Source: Cladosporium halotolerans
Taxonomy: Eukaryota
Assembly: GCF_011745625.1 (NCBI RefSeq)
Contig: NW_027191454.1
Span: 496,001 to 560,000, forward strand
Reading direction: 5' to 3'
Length of the DNA: 64,000 nucleotides
Shown: positions 42,918 through 53,210 of the stretch, piece by piece
How positions within the stretch are numbered: position 1 is the first letter of the stretch
Layout of the letters: each line of letters starts with the position of its first letter
Notes under the pieces: model-generated
The model's database searches: none
Told to the model about the DNA's origin: nothing
Seen by the model: the letters and a program-made list of their open reading frames with translations, nothing else
Made by a program: the position numbers and the translations under genes

Positions 42918-45900
42918 TTACTCCAGATAATCTGGAACAGAACCCCCAATAGCATCGTCTATGCCGTTGAACCAAAGTTCAGGCATGCCCTCAGACCGTT
43001 GCAGGATATCGTTCTCCCCGAGCACCACATCTGCGTCGAAAATACTCTTCCTGGTATCTCTCTTTATGACGCCCGTGGGCTGCGTACCCGGCGGACCGTT
43101 GAAGTAGTTGGTCACGTATGTACGGCAAGTGCTAGTGGAGCTGGGTCTGGCAGACGGTGCCACCGTGCGTGTAATGTAAACGGTCGTAGTCGTTGTCCCA
43201 CCTCCTGAGCCTCCCCCCACCGTCACCGTCACGGGATTTGTTGCGGCGACAGTGACGGTGACAACGTTACCGCCCGGCCCAAAAGTGCCGTTGGGGCCAT
43301 AAGTATTCACGTTTGTCGGGGTCGACGTCACGGTCAGCTCGTCCACGCTGACAGAGATGAGGGTGGTCGTCACCGTCTCGGTGGAAGCGGTTTGAGGAAC
43401 CAACGAAACGCTGACCGCGGTTGTAACGCCGTAAGATGTCACGTAAGAAATACCATTGGACACGTAAGTGCTGACCACGGTCCGAGTCTCGTAGATTGTC
43501 GATGGGACGTACGAAATCGTTGTGGTCGTCGTCGTGACTGTTTGCGTTGGGGCAGGAACGTAGCTGATACTGACGGCGGTGCTCACGCCGTAAGAAGTCA
43601 CAATCGAGACGCCGTTCGAAACGTAAGTGCTGACAACGGTACTGACGCTGTATATTGTTGATGGAACAAGCGTTGTTGTTGTAGTGGTCACGGTCTGGGT
43701 TGGCGCAGGTCCAGTTCCGGGTCCAGTTCCCGGGCCTGTCCCAGGTCCTGTACCTGGAGACGGATTCATGCTACCGACGATGGTAGAGCCGTAGTCGCCT
43801 GGTCCGGTCCCATTGCCGCCGCCACCACCACCTCCTCCGCGTGGACTTAGAAGTCGACAAGCGATCGCCCCAGCTTGCCTCATCAGAGTCAATTCAGCCT
43901 TGAGCAAGCAGTTGTTCTCGGCCATATCGTAGAAGAAATTGACGCCCTGACACTGGGTCCCCAGATAGAAAGTCAAAACATTATACATATCACATGCCGC
44001 GAGACAACTGGTGAGCTGGTCTTGTGTCTGGGTCTGGAGCGTGGGGCCGCCAAAACCCTCGTCGCAGAGTACTTCGTATAACATTCCCTGGGAGGTCATA
44101 TAAATTGCGCCGTTGTTCTCTGGACATTTGGGAGGGGTGGTCAAAATGGGGCCTGGTGCAGTTGTTGTAGTGGTTGTCGTAGCGGTCGTCGTTGCAGTGG
44201 TAACGCCAGTGCCTGGCCCTGTGCCCGGCCCTGTACCCGGTCCGGTACCTGGTCCAGTGCCCGGCCCTGTGCCTGGTCCAGTACCCGGTCCAGTGCCCGG
44301 TCCGGTGCCTGGTCCCGTTCCTGGTCCCGTTCCTGGGCCCGTTCCTGGGCCCGTTCCTGGGCCCGTTCCTGGGCCAGTGCCGGGCCCAGTGCCGGGCCCA
44401 GTGCCAGGTCCAGTTCCGGGGCCGGTTCCAGGGCCATTGCCAGGACCAGTGCCGGGTCCGCTCCCAGGGCCATTACCGGGGCCGTTTCCGGGGCCATTAC
44501 CTCCACCTCCGCCTGGCGTAGTCGCAGCTGGAGTTATGCTCGCTGGAATTTGAGTGAAAACATAAGAGCTCCCATCTTTGCCAGTAGTAGTGACCACAAT
44601 TTGGCCAGGGCGTGAAGTGCCAGAGTACACGAAGAATCCGGAGTTCGGGCATTTCGGCTGCGGATCGCAGCTTGTCAAAGTGTGGGTAGTGAAAACCGTG
44701 GTAGTTCCTGTGCGAGGTGGGCGGGCTGCGCATGTTGGATTGTAGCTGGCTGGAGTCGATGGAAGCAGAGAGGTAGGCGGTCTCGTGGTAATCTCGCATG
44801 GGTTTGTGACAATCACGGGCGTGATGTCGCAGTCAAAGCATAGCGATACGCCTTCGCAGCTTGGTATCGGCGTCACACCCCCAGATGGTGTTGGATAGAC
44901 GTAGGAGGGACCATTGGGGCCGCTGGTGAGGTATCCGCCACTTGTTGGTAGTGTGGTTTCCACTGTACTTGTCACTACCGCGCCTGAATTCGACGAGAAA
45001 ACTGTGATAGTCGATGTAGCAGATAAAGCTTGTGTTGTTAGCATGTGAGATTCTGTGGAATCCTGAAGGTTGTTGGGGCTTACAAATTGTAGTGGTAGGA
45101 GTTATCGTAGTCGTGACAGTCATCGGAGGCGCCGAGGTGCTGTCTGAGTAGCCAGGTGGCGAAACCGCCCCCACAGCAGCTATGATGTTATTGTCGACCG
45201 TCTGAGTGCCGTTATTAGCAGATTTGAATCTGCACACGCTCTGTAAGGTGTCGTATTCGACGCCAACACATAAGTCGTTCATATCGCAAGTAGGTAGGCA
45301 GTTGGCGATATTGTCAGCGCTCAGAGGAGCTATTGGGATGTAGCCGCCTGAATACTGCGTGTAGCAGACAATCTCGTACTGGATCCCCATGCTATCGGTG
45401 AAAGACTTTCCTGCGCTGTCGGGACACGAAGGCAATGTGTCAATCGGAGTCGGGGGAGCCTCGTTCTGCCCGTAAACCACACCGCCCACAACACCGGGTG
45501 CGTAAGAATAGCCAGAGACAGAGCTGAATAGCGTGCAGTCATTTCCGACAAAGTTGAATGCTTTGCAACCTGACGTTATGCTGCAAAGATTCTGGCAAGA
45601 TGCGAAGTCCGGAACGGTGGCTCTGTCAACTAGCATCGAGATCTCTTCCCCATGTTCAGTCTCCACCAAGTCACTTCTACCAAATGCGATATTGATGTCA
45701 GAGGTGTCAATCTCTGTGCCCTCGTACAAGATACCGCATTGCACTGCATAGTTCGTCCCACCAGTGGAACATGTAGTCTGCGGTGGATTGTCTCCCATGC
45801 AGTAATATGATGTACTCGTCGGACAGGGAGGAGCTGGTCCGTACGATATAGTTGAGGAAGGGCCACTGCTGGTACCGCTTGTTTGACTAGAGCTTGACCC

Positions 45901-48900
45901 AGGGCGCGATATTGTACTCATCGTCGAAGAAAGAGCACTGCTTGCGCCACCAGAGGATGTCCCAGAGCGCACCGTCGTACTCATCGTCGAAGCATTGATG
46001 CTGCTTAGTGATCCAGAAGAGCCACTTGTGCCTATCGATGATTGACTGCGAGATGTCTTTATCGGTATCGGTTCGCGAGACGTGACGGAATACCCCAGTG
46101 CTGCGATTTTGAAGCAAGTGGTGATCGTATTGCCCGCTGGATAGAGCGTACCTGGAGATGACTTCAGATAGCAGTCGCCCTCGTTTCCCCCAACGAATGT
46201 GAACCCTTGACACCCTATAGTGGTGTCGCACACGCCGAAACAATAACTTAAACCACCGCGTGGGACTGGCACTGTGAGAAATGAAGCTGTCGAGGAGTCG
46301 GTTGCGCAGTTGATGATGTAGACCTCTCCCAAGGGATCCGTAAACCTCGAGTTGCACGCTGGCTGGCCTTCGTTGGTAGGCGAAGCATTTGCTGATACTG
46401 TCGAAGTCGTGCTGGAGAGTGATAAAGAAGAGCTCGAAGAATGGGTGCTTGGAGAGCTCGGCGAGGACGCAGATGGAGAGGTGCCCGTAGAAGAACCTGC
46501 AGATTGTGCCGAAGACGTTGTTGAAGACTGTGATATGCTGGTGCTGGTAGAGGAGGTGTCTTCGGTAGAACCCGCAGACTGCATTGACTCTGTCGACGAC
46601 ATGCTTGACATGGAGGCTGAAATGGTGGACGACTCGTCGTCAATTTCCATCGTGGTAGTACGAGAATGAGATGCAGCAAAGCTCACTGAGCTTGATGTAG
46701 GTATTTCCGCTGTTGATGTGTCATCATTGGACATGGAAGGCGTCACATATGCAAATGTCTGCGTTTCGCCTTGAGAAGCTGAACTGATGCCACTGCGGCT
46801 TGACGAACTCGACGAACTAGCACCAGAAACGACGAGACTCGACGTGGATCCTTCGTCGGGTAGTAGGATTGCCGTGATCAGATCTTCGCTGCCGGAGATT
46901 GCATTGTGTTGTTCTTTCCTCAAGTAGCATGTTCCTCCTGTGATTGTACCTTGTACCCACGTGATTGTGGTGCACTCGGACTCGGCAGTGCAGAGATCTA
47001 AACATTGCGTGAAGTCGCCTTCTGCGAAATAGGCCACATCAAAAGCGCTAGACCCGTCTGCATCTGAGGAGCAATAAATGCGAAATCTGCGATCATCACG
47101 TGCAGTTAGCACCTGGTTGTTAATGCCAGGGCAAGCCAAAGTTGAGCTTGGTGTCGGAGATTCAAGGACGCTCGTCATCGTCGTCGATTCATCAATACTA
47201 GTGCTGCTCTCGTTTGCGATAGTGGTTGATGGCACATCAGAAGAGGTGGAGCTTGTCGTAGACGACTCCGCTTCCTCATCAGCACTCGAAGTACTAGCAA
47301 TGTCGGTTGGCACAGAGCTCGAGATCGAAGGGGATGCCCCCTTTCTAGCACCGTTTGTTGTGCCGTCATAGACGAACTTTCCATCTTCGTCAGATTTGAT
47401 GTAGCATGTGCCGGCGCCATTGCCGCCAACGAAAGCAACGCCTACGCAGGCACTGTACTGATCGCAAATCTCCAGGCAGTTGGCAAAGCTTCTCGCGCCC
47501 ACTACGCCGTTATTTGGCAGACCAGCAAACCCGCCAGTGAAGTCGGAACCGCAAGCAATCGCGTAACCCTGACCGTTGGAGTCTGTCCAAATCGTATTAT
47601 TTGACGAAGGGCAGATCAGAGGGGTGGGTACCGCAGTGTAGGCTGAAGTTTCGGTAGCTGTAAGCGACGACAAGGGGCCGGTGTACGGAAGGGACGATGC
47701 GCTGTTGGTGGACCGACCCATACCACCGTTGATAGTATTGGTACTGGGCTGGGGCTGGGTTGGTGACAGACTGGTGCTGTACGAGGCGCTCGGTTGCGCA
47801 TTGATGGGCTGCTGGTAGACTCTGATTGAGTTGATCGACCAGTATGCATCCACGAAATCTTGAGGATTGTTTCCAACATAATCGACGCAGGCGGGCCAGC
47901 TTTGGCGGTTAGGCTGTTGAGGACATTCAGGGTATAGGAAGTACACATTGCCAGCCCAGTCACCGCAAAAGTCGGTGTTGATGATGATGCTCATGTTGGT
48001 GAAGAAGTTGTCAATCACACATCCCGGCCCTTGCTGATTGACGGTAGGTTTGCCAAATTGTGATACGTCCGGCGCACCGTTCGTAATGCTCGATGGGATG
48101 GAGTCACGAGGAAAAAACCAGTGCTTCACAAACTCGGACGTCCATTCTGTCGCATACACACCGCCACCGTTCTCATTGAAGTCCGCGCCAAAATTGTTGG
48201 GTATCGTGGACTCTACTAGTTTGGAGCCGCAACCGGAATTCTGATTTACACGAACGTCACAGTTCGTTGTTTGGAGTGTTGCAGTTTGGTCACTTCCAGA
48301 GATATCGCATCCAGGCGCGGTGTGCATCGAAATTCCGTTCTCATTACTGGTGTGAACCCCTTCCATGATATCTAGGGATCCTCAGTTCATTGAAAGGCTT
48401 TACAAAATAGTAGAGAAGAACTCACCGATTTCTCCGTACTTTGGCCATGGCTCCGGTCCATTTCCAAGAAGCCAATATGCAGGCCAGGTACCGCATCCAG
48501 TTGGCATGTGTGAGGCATCAAAGATGAAAAGGCCATGTGTGTACGCATTGTTACTGACCAAACGCACACTTGGGCGACCAGGTCCACCATTGGGCCACCG
48601 ATTGGTGGTGTCTACACTCAATCGGGCAGTACCATTTGGCGTTGTAGCGAAGCCATTGCGCTCGGCGGTGCCTCTGTCCACGTATTTGACGTGTCCGTTG
48701 GTTGGGTCAGGGCCGGTGTAGAATGTGAACTTGTCGAAGAAGATCGAAGCTTGGTAGTCGTCGATCAGGCCGTACGCTCCAGCTCCAGGAGCTCCATTAC
48801 CGCCGTAATAAGTTCCACCGGGATATGCTTGTCCAGAAACACCGGAAAAGAGGGAAATGAAGGTCAGGATACTCGTCCTCGAAACGATTGGCAAGGACCG

Positions 48901-48903
48901 CAT
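42918..48903 (-). CDS. Giant secreted modular protein (~1958 aa): GH16 glucanase + six PAN/Apple-like Cys modules + Ser/Thr linkers + (GPGT)n repeat
   Basis: Signal MRSLPIVSRTSILTFISLFSGVSG. GH16 motifs DPTNGHVKY, GRPSVRL and CGTWPAYW; EI|DIME across intron 48372-48425. Intron 45029-45083 (GTAAGC...GCTAAC...AAG) joins the last exon in frame. Exon lengths sum to 5877 nt. Confidence 0.85.
43398..43709 (-). repeat. Two diverged ~52-aa Thr/Val/Ser/Tyr-rich coding repeats
   Basis: PAPTQTVTTTTTT..PSTIY...TVVSTYVSNG.S.VTSYGV.TAVS.S.V twice. Confidence 0.9.
44208..44495 (-). repeat. Coding 12-bp minisatellite, 24 units, encoding (GPG[T/N/S])24
   Basis: 288 nt of GGN-CCN-GGN-ACN units; a shorter copy lies at about 43710-43757. 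Confidence 0.95.
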
Positions 48904-49768
48904 CGTGATGCAAGACGATGGCTGGATGCCTCTCGTCTTGATTTTGGCGAGCGTGTTGGAGCTAAGATCTCGGAAGTATCGACATGGGATAGCCAACGCG
49001 TACTCGCGTTGTTGTCGGTGGCCTATCATCAGCATTCCTGAGATTGTGGGCCGCGAAGACACTCATCTCGCCACTGGCATTCCAACCCCTGCCAACAACA
49101 TGCAAGGACCACGAACAGAGCTGGAGCCGAGAAGGATATTGAGTGATATGATCCAAATGGAGTAGCTAGAGTTTGAACGCTGTGATCAAGCCTTAAAAAC
49201 GTACAGGGATGAAGCAGATCAAGGGGAGTAAGCAAGATAGTGAGAGGGTAGGATGCCATGGCTATGAAATGTTACAGCCAACCTTGGTGAAGAGGAAGAG
49301 GCCCGTCTCGTATCGTGTAAGGTACTTGCCGAACGAGCTCTTGAACTATGCCAATGAAATTGATGCTTTCCGCAAAATACGCATGTATCAGAACACCTGT
49401 AGAGCAAGATCATGGTCAATCTAATCATGCAGAAAAACTTATCCGGAACATAACCCGAAGATGACGAAATGGAGTTGCAGATGTTGCTGAACTTGAAGGA
49501 GTGGGATTCTCATCGAAGATCAAGGGATAGGAGGATCCCTGGATAAGGTAGGGTGGAGGACACGCTTTCTCGCTTCAGAACCCCTCCACCGGGCACTCGG
49601 CTCACGGCGTCACGCTCAACGCTGCCGGCGCGATGGCGCCAACCTCGCTCCTCGTCAACCGTGAACGTATAGCGTCCACAACGTACTTCATACTATTACG
49701 GGCATGCAGCCGCACAGCGCCGATATAGCTGCAGAGCTCTCACAGCTCGCAGCCGGCACGCAGCCAGC

Positions 49769-51040
49769 ATGCTGCTACAACCTCATCCTCGGCGGCTGAC
49801 CCTGCTATACCGCCAACCCGCACGACAAGGACAGATATGCTTGAGCAGAGCAATCCAGCGCGACTTTCATGCTTCTATCATCCTATCCGAGCAGAAACGC
49901 TCGCGGAGTAGGTCTCCTCAAGTCGGCACCACGACGCCCGTCCCGGACGAAGACCACAAGCCAATCAGCAAATCACCCTTCTACTTCCAAACCGGCTACG
50001 CAGGCTGGGCCAAACGACCTTCACGCCCCTTCCCGCCGCCGTTCTTTTCGCCGCCTTCTGGCTCCTTCTCTGACCCGCTCTCAACCCACAACCGCAGCCG
50101 TGATCGCCGCCCGCAAGTGAACGGCGAAATGATTCTGGGCGTCACGAACGGCGACGATGCTATGCTCGTTACCGAGAACTTGCTCGCAGCGAACGACGGT
50201 GTCGGTGCGTGGGCACAGAAAGAGAAAGGACATGCGCCGCTGTGGAGCCGGTTGATCATTCATTTCTGGGCTTCAGCTGCAGAGAAGGATGGCTACGGCG
50301 CGGCAAGTACAGGCGTAGCGATGGATGGGTCAGACGTAGAAGGGCGTGGAAAACCAGACCCGGTCCGATATCTGAGCGAAGCATACGCCGCTACGAAGGA
50401 GGCACTCAGCGGGCCTACGGAGTGGTTGGGCACCACGACAGCCTCCTCAGCACTGCTGCACTGGGAAGGAAATGAGCCGGTCTTGTACGCGACTCAACTC
50501 GGTGACTGCAAAGTGTTGGTCTTACGACCCGACGAGAGTGCTGGTGCCGTCAAAGGCGACAGGCAAGGCTCTATAGACGAGCAGGAGGAAGCCGGCGGGA
50601 AGATCGTCTTTGCCTCAAAAGAACAGTGGCATTACTTCGACTGCCCGCGCCAGCTTGGCACAAACTCGCCTGATACGCCAGAGGAGAACGCGGTACTCGA
50701 TGTGGTTGCTTTGCAAGAAGGGGATGTTGTTCTCGCGATGTCTGACGGCGTCACCGACAATTTGTGGGAGCATGAGATATCTGCCAACGTTTTGCATTCA
50801 CTTCGCAAATGGATGCAAGACCACGCCGCAGGAGCTACCACAATTCAAGGTGTTTCTGACGAGGCCACGAAATATGTGGCGCAGGAGTTAGTGCTCGCGG
50901 CTAGACAGATCGCCGAAGATCCATTCGCCGAGAGCCCTTTCATGGAGAAAGCAGTCGACGAAGGGTTGGCGATCGAAGGCGGAAAGCTGGACGACATTAG
51001 TGTTGTTGTTGGCTTTGTTAGTAAGCGCGACATGACATGA
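49769..51040 (+). CDS. PTC7: PP2C-family phosphatase, PTC7-like, probably mitochondrial
   Basis: NGDDA, ANDGVGAW, GTTTA, QLGDC, EQWHYFDCPRQLGT, SDGVTDNL and GGKLDDISVV. Arg-rich presequence ending FHAS. Confidence 0.9.
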   Translation: MLLQPHPRRLTLLYRQPARQGQICLSRAIQRDFHASIILSEQKRSRSRSPQVGTTTPVPDEDHKPISKSPFYFQTGYAGWAKRPSRPFPPPFFSPPSGSFSDPLSTHNRSRDRRPQVNGEMILGVTNGDDAMLVTENLLAANDGVGAWAQKEKGHAPLWSRLIIHFWASAAEKDGYGAASTGVAMDGSDVEGRGKPDPVRYLSEAYAATKEALSGPTEWLGTTTASSALLHWEGNEPVLYATQLGDCKVLVLRPDESAGAVKGDRQGSIDEQEEAGGKIVFASKEQWHYFDCPRQLGTNSPDTPEENAVLDVVALQEGDVVLAMSDGVTDNLWEHEISANVLHSLRKWMQDHAAGATTIQGVSDEATKYVAQELVLAARQIAEDPFAESPFMEKAVDEGLAIEGGKLDDISVVVGFVSKRDMT

Positions 51041-51623
51041 TGCGAGCGTGCCATACAGGAACGGGTCGAAAGACCTAGCTGAGGATTTGACCGCGCCTTA
51101 CGGCTCGCTGAGATACCAACGTCTAGTCAATTTCTCGGAAGTAGACCGCCCTCGACATTAAAGACGGCGCAGGCGGACTATATATGCCGGCATGTCAAAA
51201 GATAAGCGGAATCATAGCGGATGATGGCAACGGTCACGACAATTTCTGCCAGAGCATACCTTGTAGATGACGGAAGAAACTACGATCAACATTGAAGGTG
51301 GCATTACACAGGTATATGGCTCCAAAGTACCACGCAATTGGATACGAGATGAAGAGGTGATGAAGCTGCGGCCATGGGGCGGAGGAGATGGCGCACGAGA
51401 CCGTACAGTTGGGTCGCACCTCCAAATAGAAACTAGACTTATAATCCACAAATGAATGTATCGCGATTTCTATCTTATTGGGCCATTCTTTGTCCGGCAC
51501 AGGCCAGCTTTCACTTCACTATTCGTAGCTTTTGCCGTTTCCGCTAACGTAGACCCTCTACGGTATGACATCGTGGCTTCCAACCCCAACTTTCCCTCCG
51601 ACCACACGCAAACAAAGAATGCC

Positions 51624-52946
51624 ATGACTTCCACGACACACCTTGCCGCCTCGCTGGCAAGCGTAACAGACTCATTGAAGCAGACAAATTCCCTCATAAC
51701 CCGCCTCGCCAGACTCACATTCCCTCCTGGCGCCGAACCGCTCGACGACGAAGGCAACAGTGTACGTGTAGAGCTAGCGCAGGACATCCACGAAGGCCTC
51801 AAACAGCTCGAAGAAGACCTCGAGATCTTGCGCGGCGATATCGAAGACTCCGCGCCCTCTGCCAAAGCCCCGCCTACCGGCCGCCTACGCAGCAGTAGTG
51901 TACGGCAGAATAGCACCAAAGGCCAAGAACGCGAACGCCTGGCTGCCCAGGTTGTACGCTTAGGAGAAGACCTCAACAGCGCACGAAGCGCTTTCCGCCG
52001 CGCACAATTGTCTGCCAAACGCGCCGCCGACCATTCGAAGATAAAAGAGCGCGAACTGGTATTTGCCAGCCTACAACAAGCCTCCGACCCCTCCACCCCG
52101 ACCACCACATCCCTCAACGGCAGCACAGCCGACCTCTTCGCCGGACGCTCGTCACTACAAAAGCGCCAGCAGCAGAAACACCTAACCAAAGACGAGCTCC
52201 TCGTCGCGCAGTCATCAGACGTCACATCCGCTCTCCGCCGCACCACCGACCTCCTCTCAACCGAGCTCTCCCGCTCGCGCTTCGCCCAAGAAACCTTCGA
52301 CGAGAGCACCGCCGCGCTGAAAGAGCTTGGAGACAAATACTCAGACCTCGACACCGTCCTCAGCAAGAGCAGGGAACTACTGGGGACGCTGCTGCGCAGC
52401 CAGAAGAGCGACACGTGGTACTTGGAGACCGCGTTTTACATCCTGGTCGCGACGCTCGCGTGGCTGATCTTCCGCCGGATCCTCTTCGGGCCGTTCTTCA
52501 AGCTGCCCATTTTCCTGTACAACGTTTTCGCCTTTGTGGTGAACTGGACGGTCCCTAGACCCCTCTTTTTCTTCCTCAGCCTCATTGGCGTCATCACGAC
52601 TGAGCCTTACACGCCCGCCAATCTCCAAGCTACGACAACCTCTCGCCCTCCCCTCATCGTCCAGCCGAGCGCAGCCGGCAAAGCTCAGACTATAGAAGGC
52701 ATGGGCGACGAGATCTCGCGTTTGGGAGGGGTGCGTTCCGGCGCCGGCGGCGCAGGAGCGAAAGTTGGCAAGAACGGCGAGCTGAGGGGTGAAATGAGCG
52801 AAGAGATCGGCAAGATGGCTGAGAGAAGAGGTGACGGCACGATATTGCAGGAACGCGGCGATGAGCCTCCGAATCCGAAGAAGAAGCAGTTCGAGGCGGA
52901 TGTGGAGGATGCGAAGGGGGGGAGGAGGAAGAGGGACGAGCTGTAG
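51624..52946 (+). CDS. SEC20: ER SNARE Sec20
   Basis: SSDVTSALRRT...ELSRSRFA...SRELLGTLLRSQKSDTWYL SNARE region, then a TM segment and a C-terminal RDEL ER-retrieval signal. Confidence 0.9.
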   Translation: MTSTTHLAASLASVTDSLKQTNSLITRLARLTFPPGAEPLDDEGNSVRVELAQDIHEGLKQLEEDLEILRGDIEDSAPSAKAPPTGRLRSSSVRQNSTKGQERERLAAQVVRLGEDLNSARSAFRRAQLSAKRAADHSKIKERELVFASLQQASDPSTPTTTSLNGSTADLFAGRSSLQKRQQQKHLTKDELLVAQSSDVTSALRRTTDLLSTELSRSRFAQETFDESTAALKELGDKYSDLDTVLSKSRELLGTLLRSQKSDTWYLETAFYILVATLAWLIFRRILFGPFFKLPIFLYNVFAFVVNWTVPRPLFFFLSLIGVITTEPYTPANLQATTTSRPPLIVQPSAAGKAQTIEGMGDEISRLGGVRSGAGGAGAKVGKNGELRGEMSEEIGKMAERRGDGTILQERGDEPPNPKKKQFEADVEDAKGGRRKRDEL

Positions 52947-53210
52947 ATGACATCTTGTGGTATTATGATGCTACGTTTATACGAAAATGAAAGGCGACGT
53001 TGCGTGCATCTTGACTGTCCCTCCCTATCCACTTTGCCTCATCAATCTGTCCTTCTTGAGCGTACCTTGAGATGAGGGCGGGGATAGCCAAATACAGTAT
53101 TCGTGGTCAATTAACATTCACAGGCTATACATAACCAAGTAACACCGCTAAAACCCAGCCCTTCCCTTAATACCCAATCTTAACATTCATCAAATCATCA
53201 AACCAACCCT

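Noticed and set aside
44113..44553. (PGPV)n ORF, and the 12-bp array as a possible CRISPR or collagen
   Set aside because: Antisense reading of the GPGT repeat; no spacers, eukaryotic context, and the period is four residues rather than G-X-Y.
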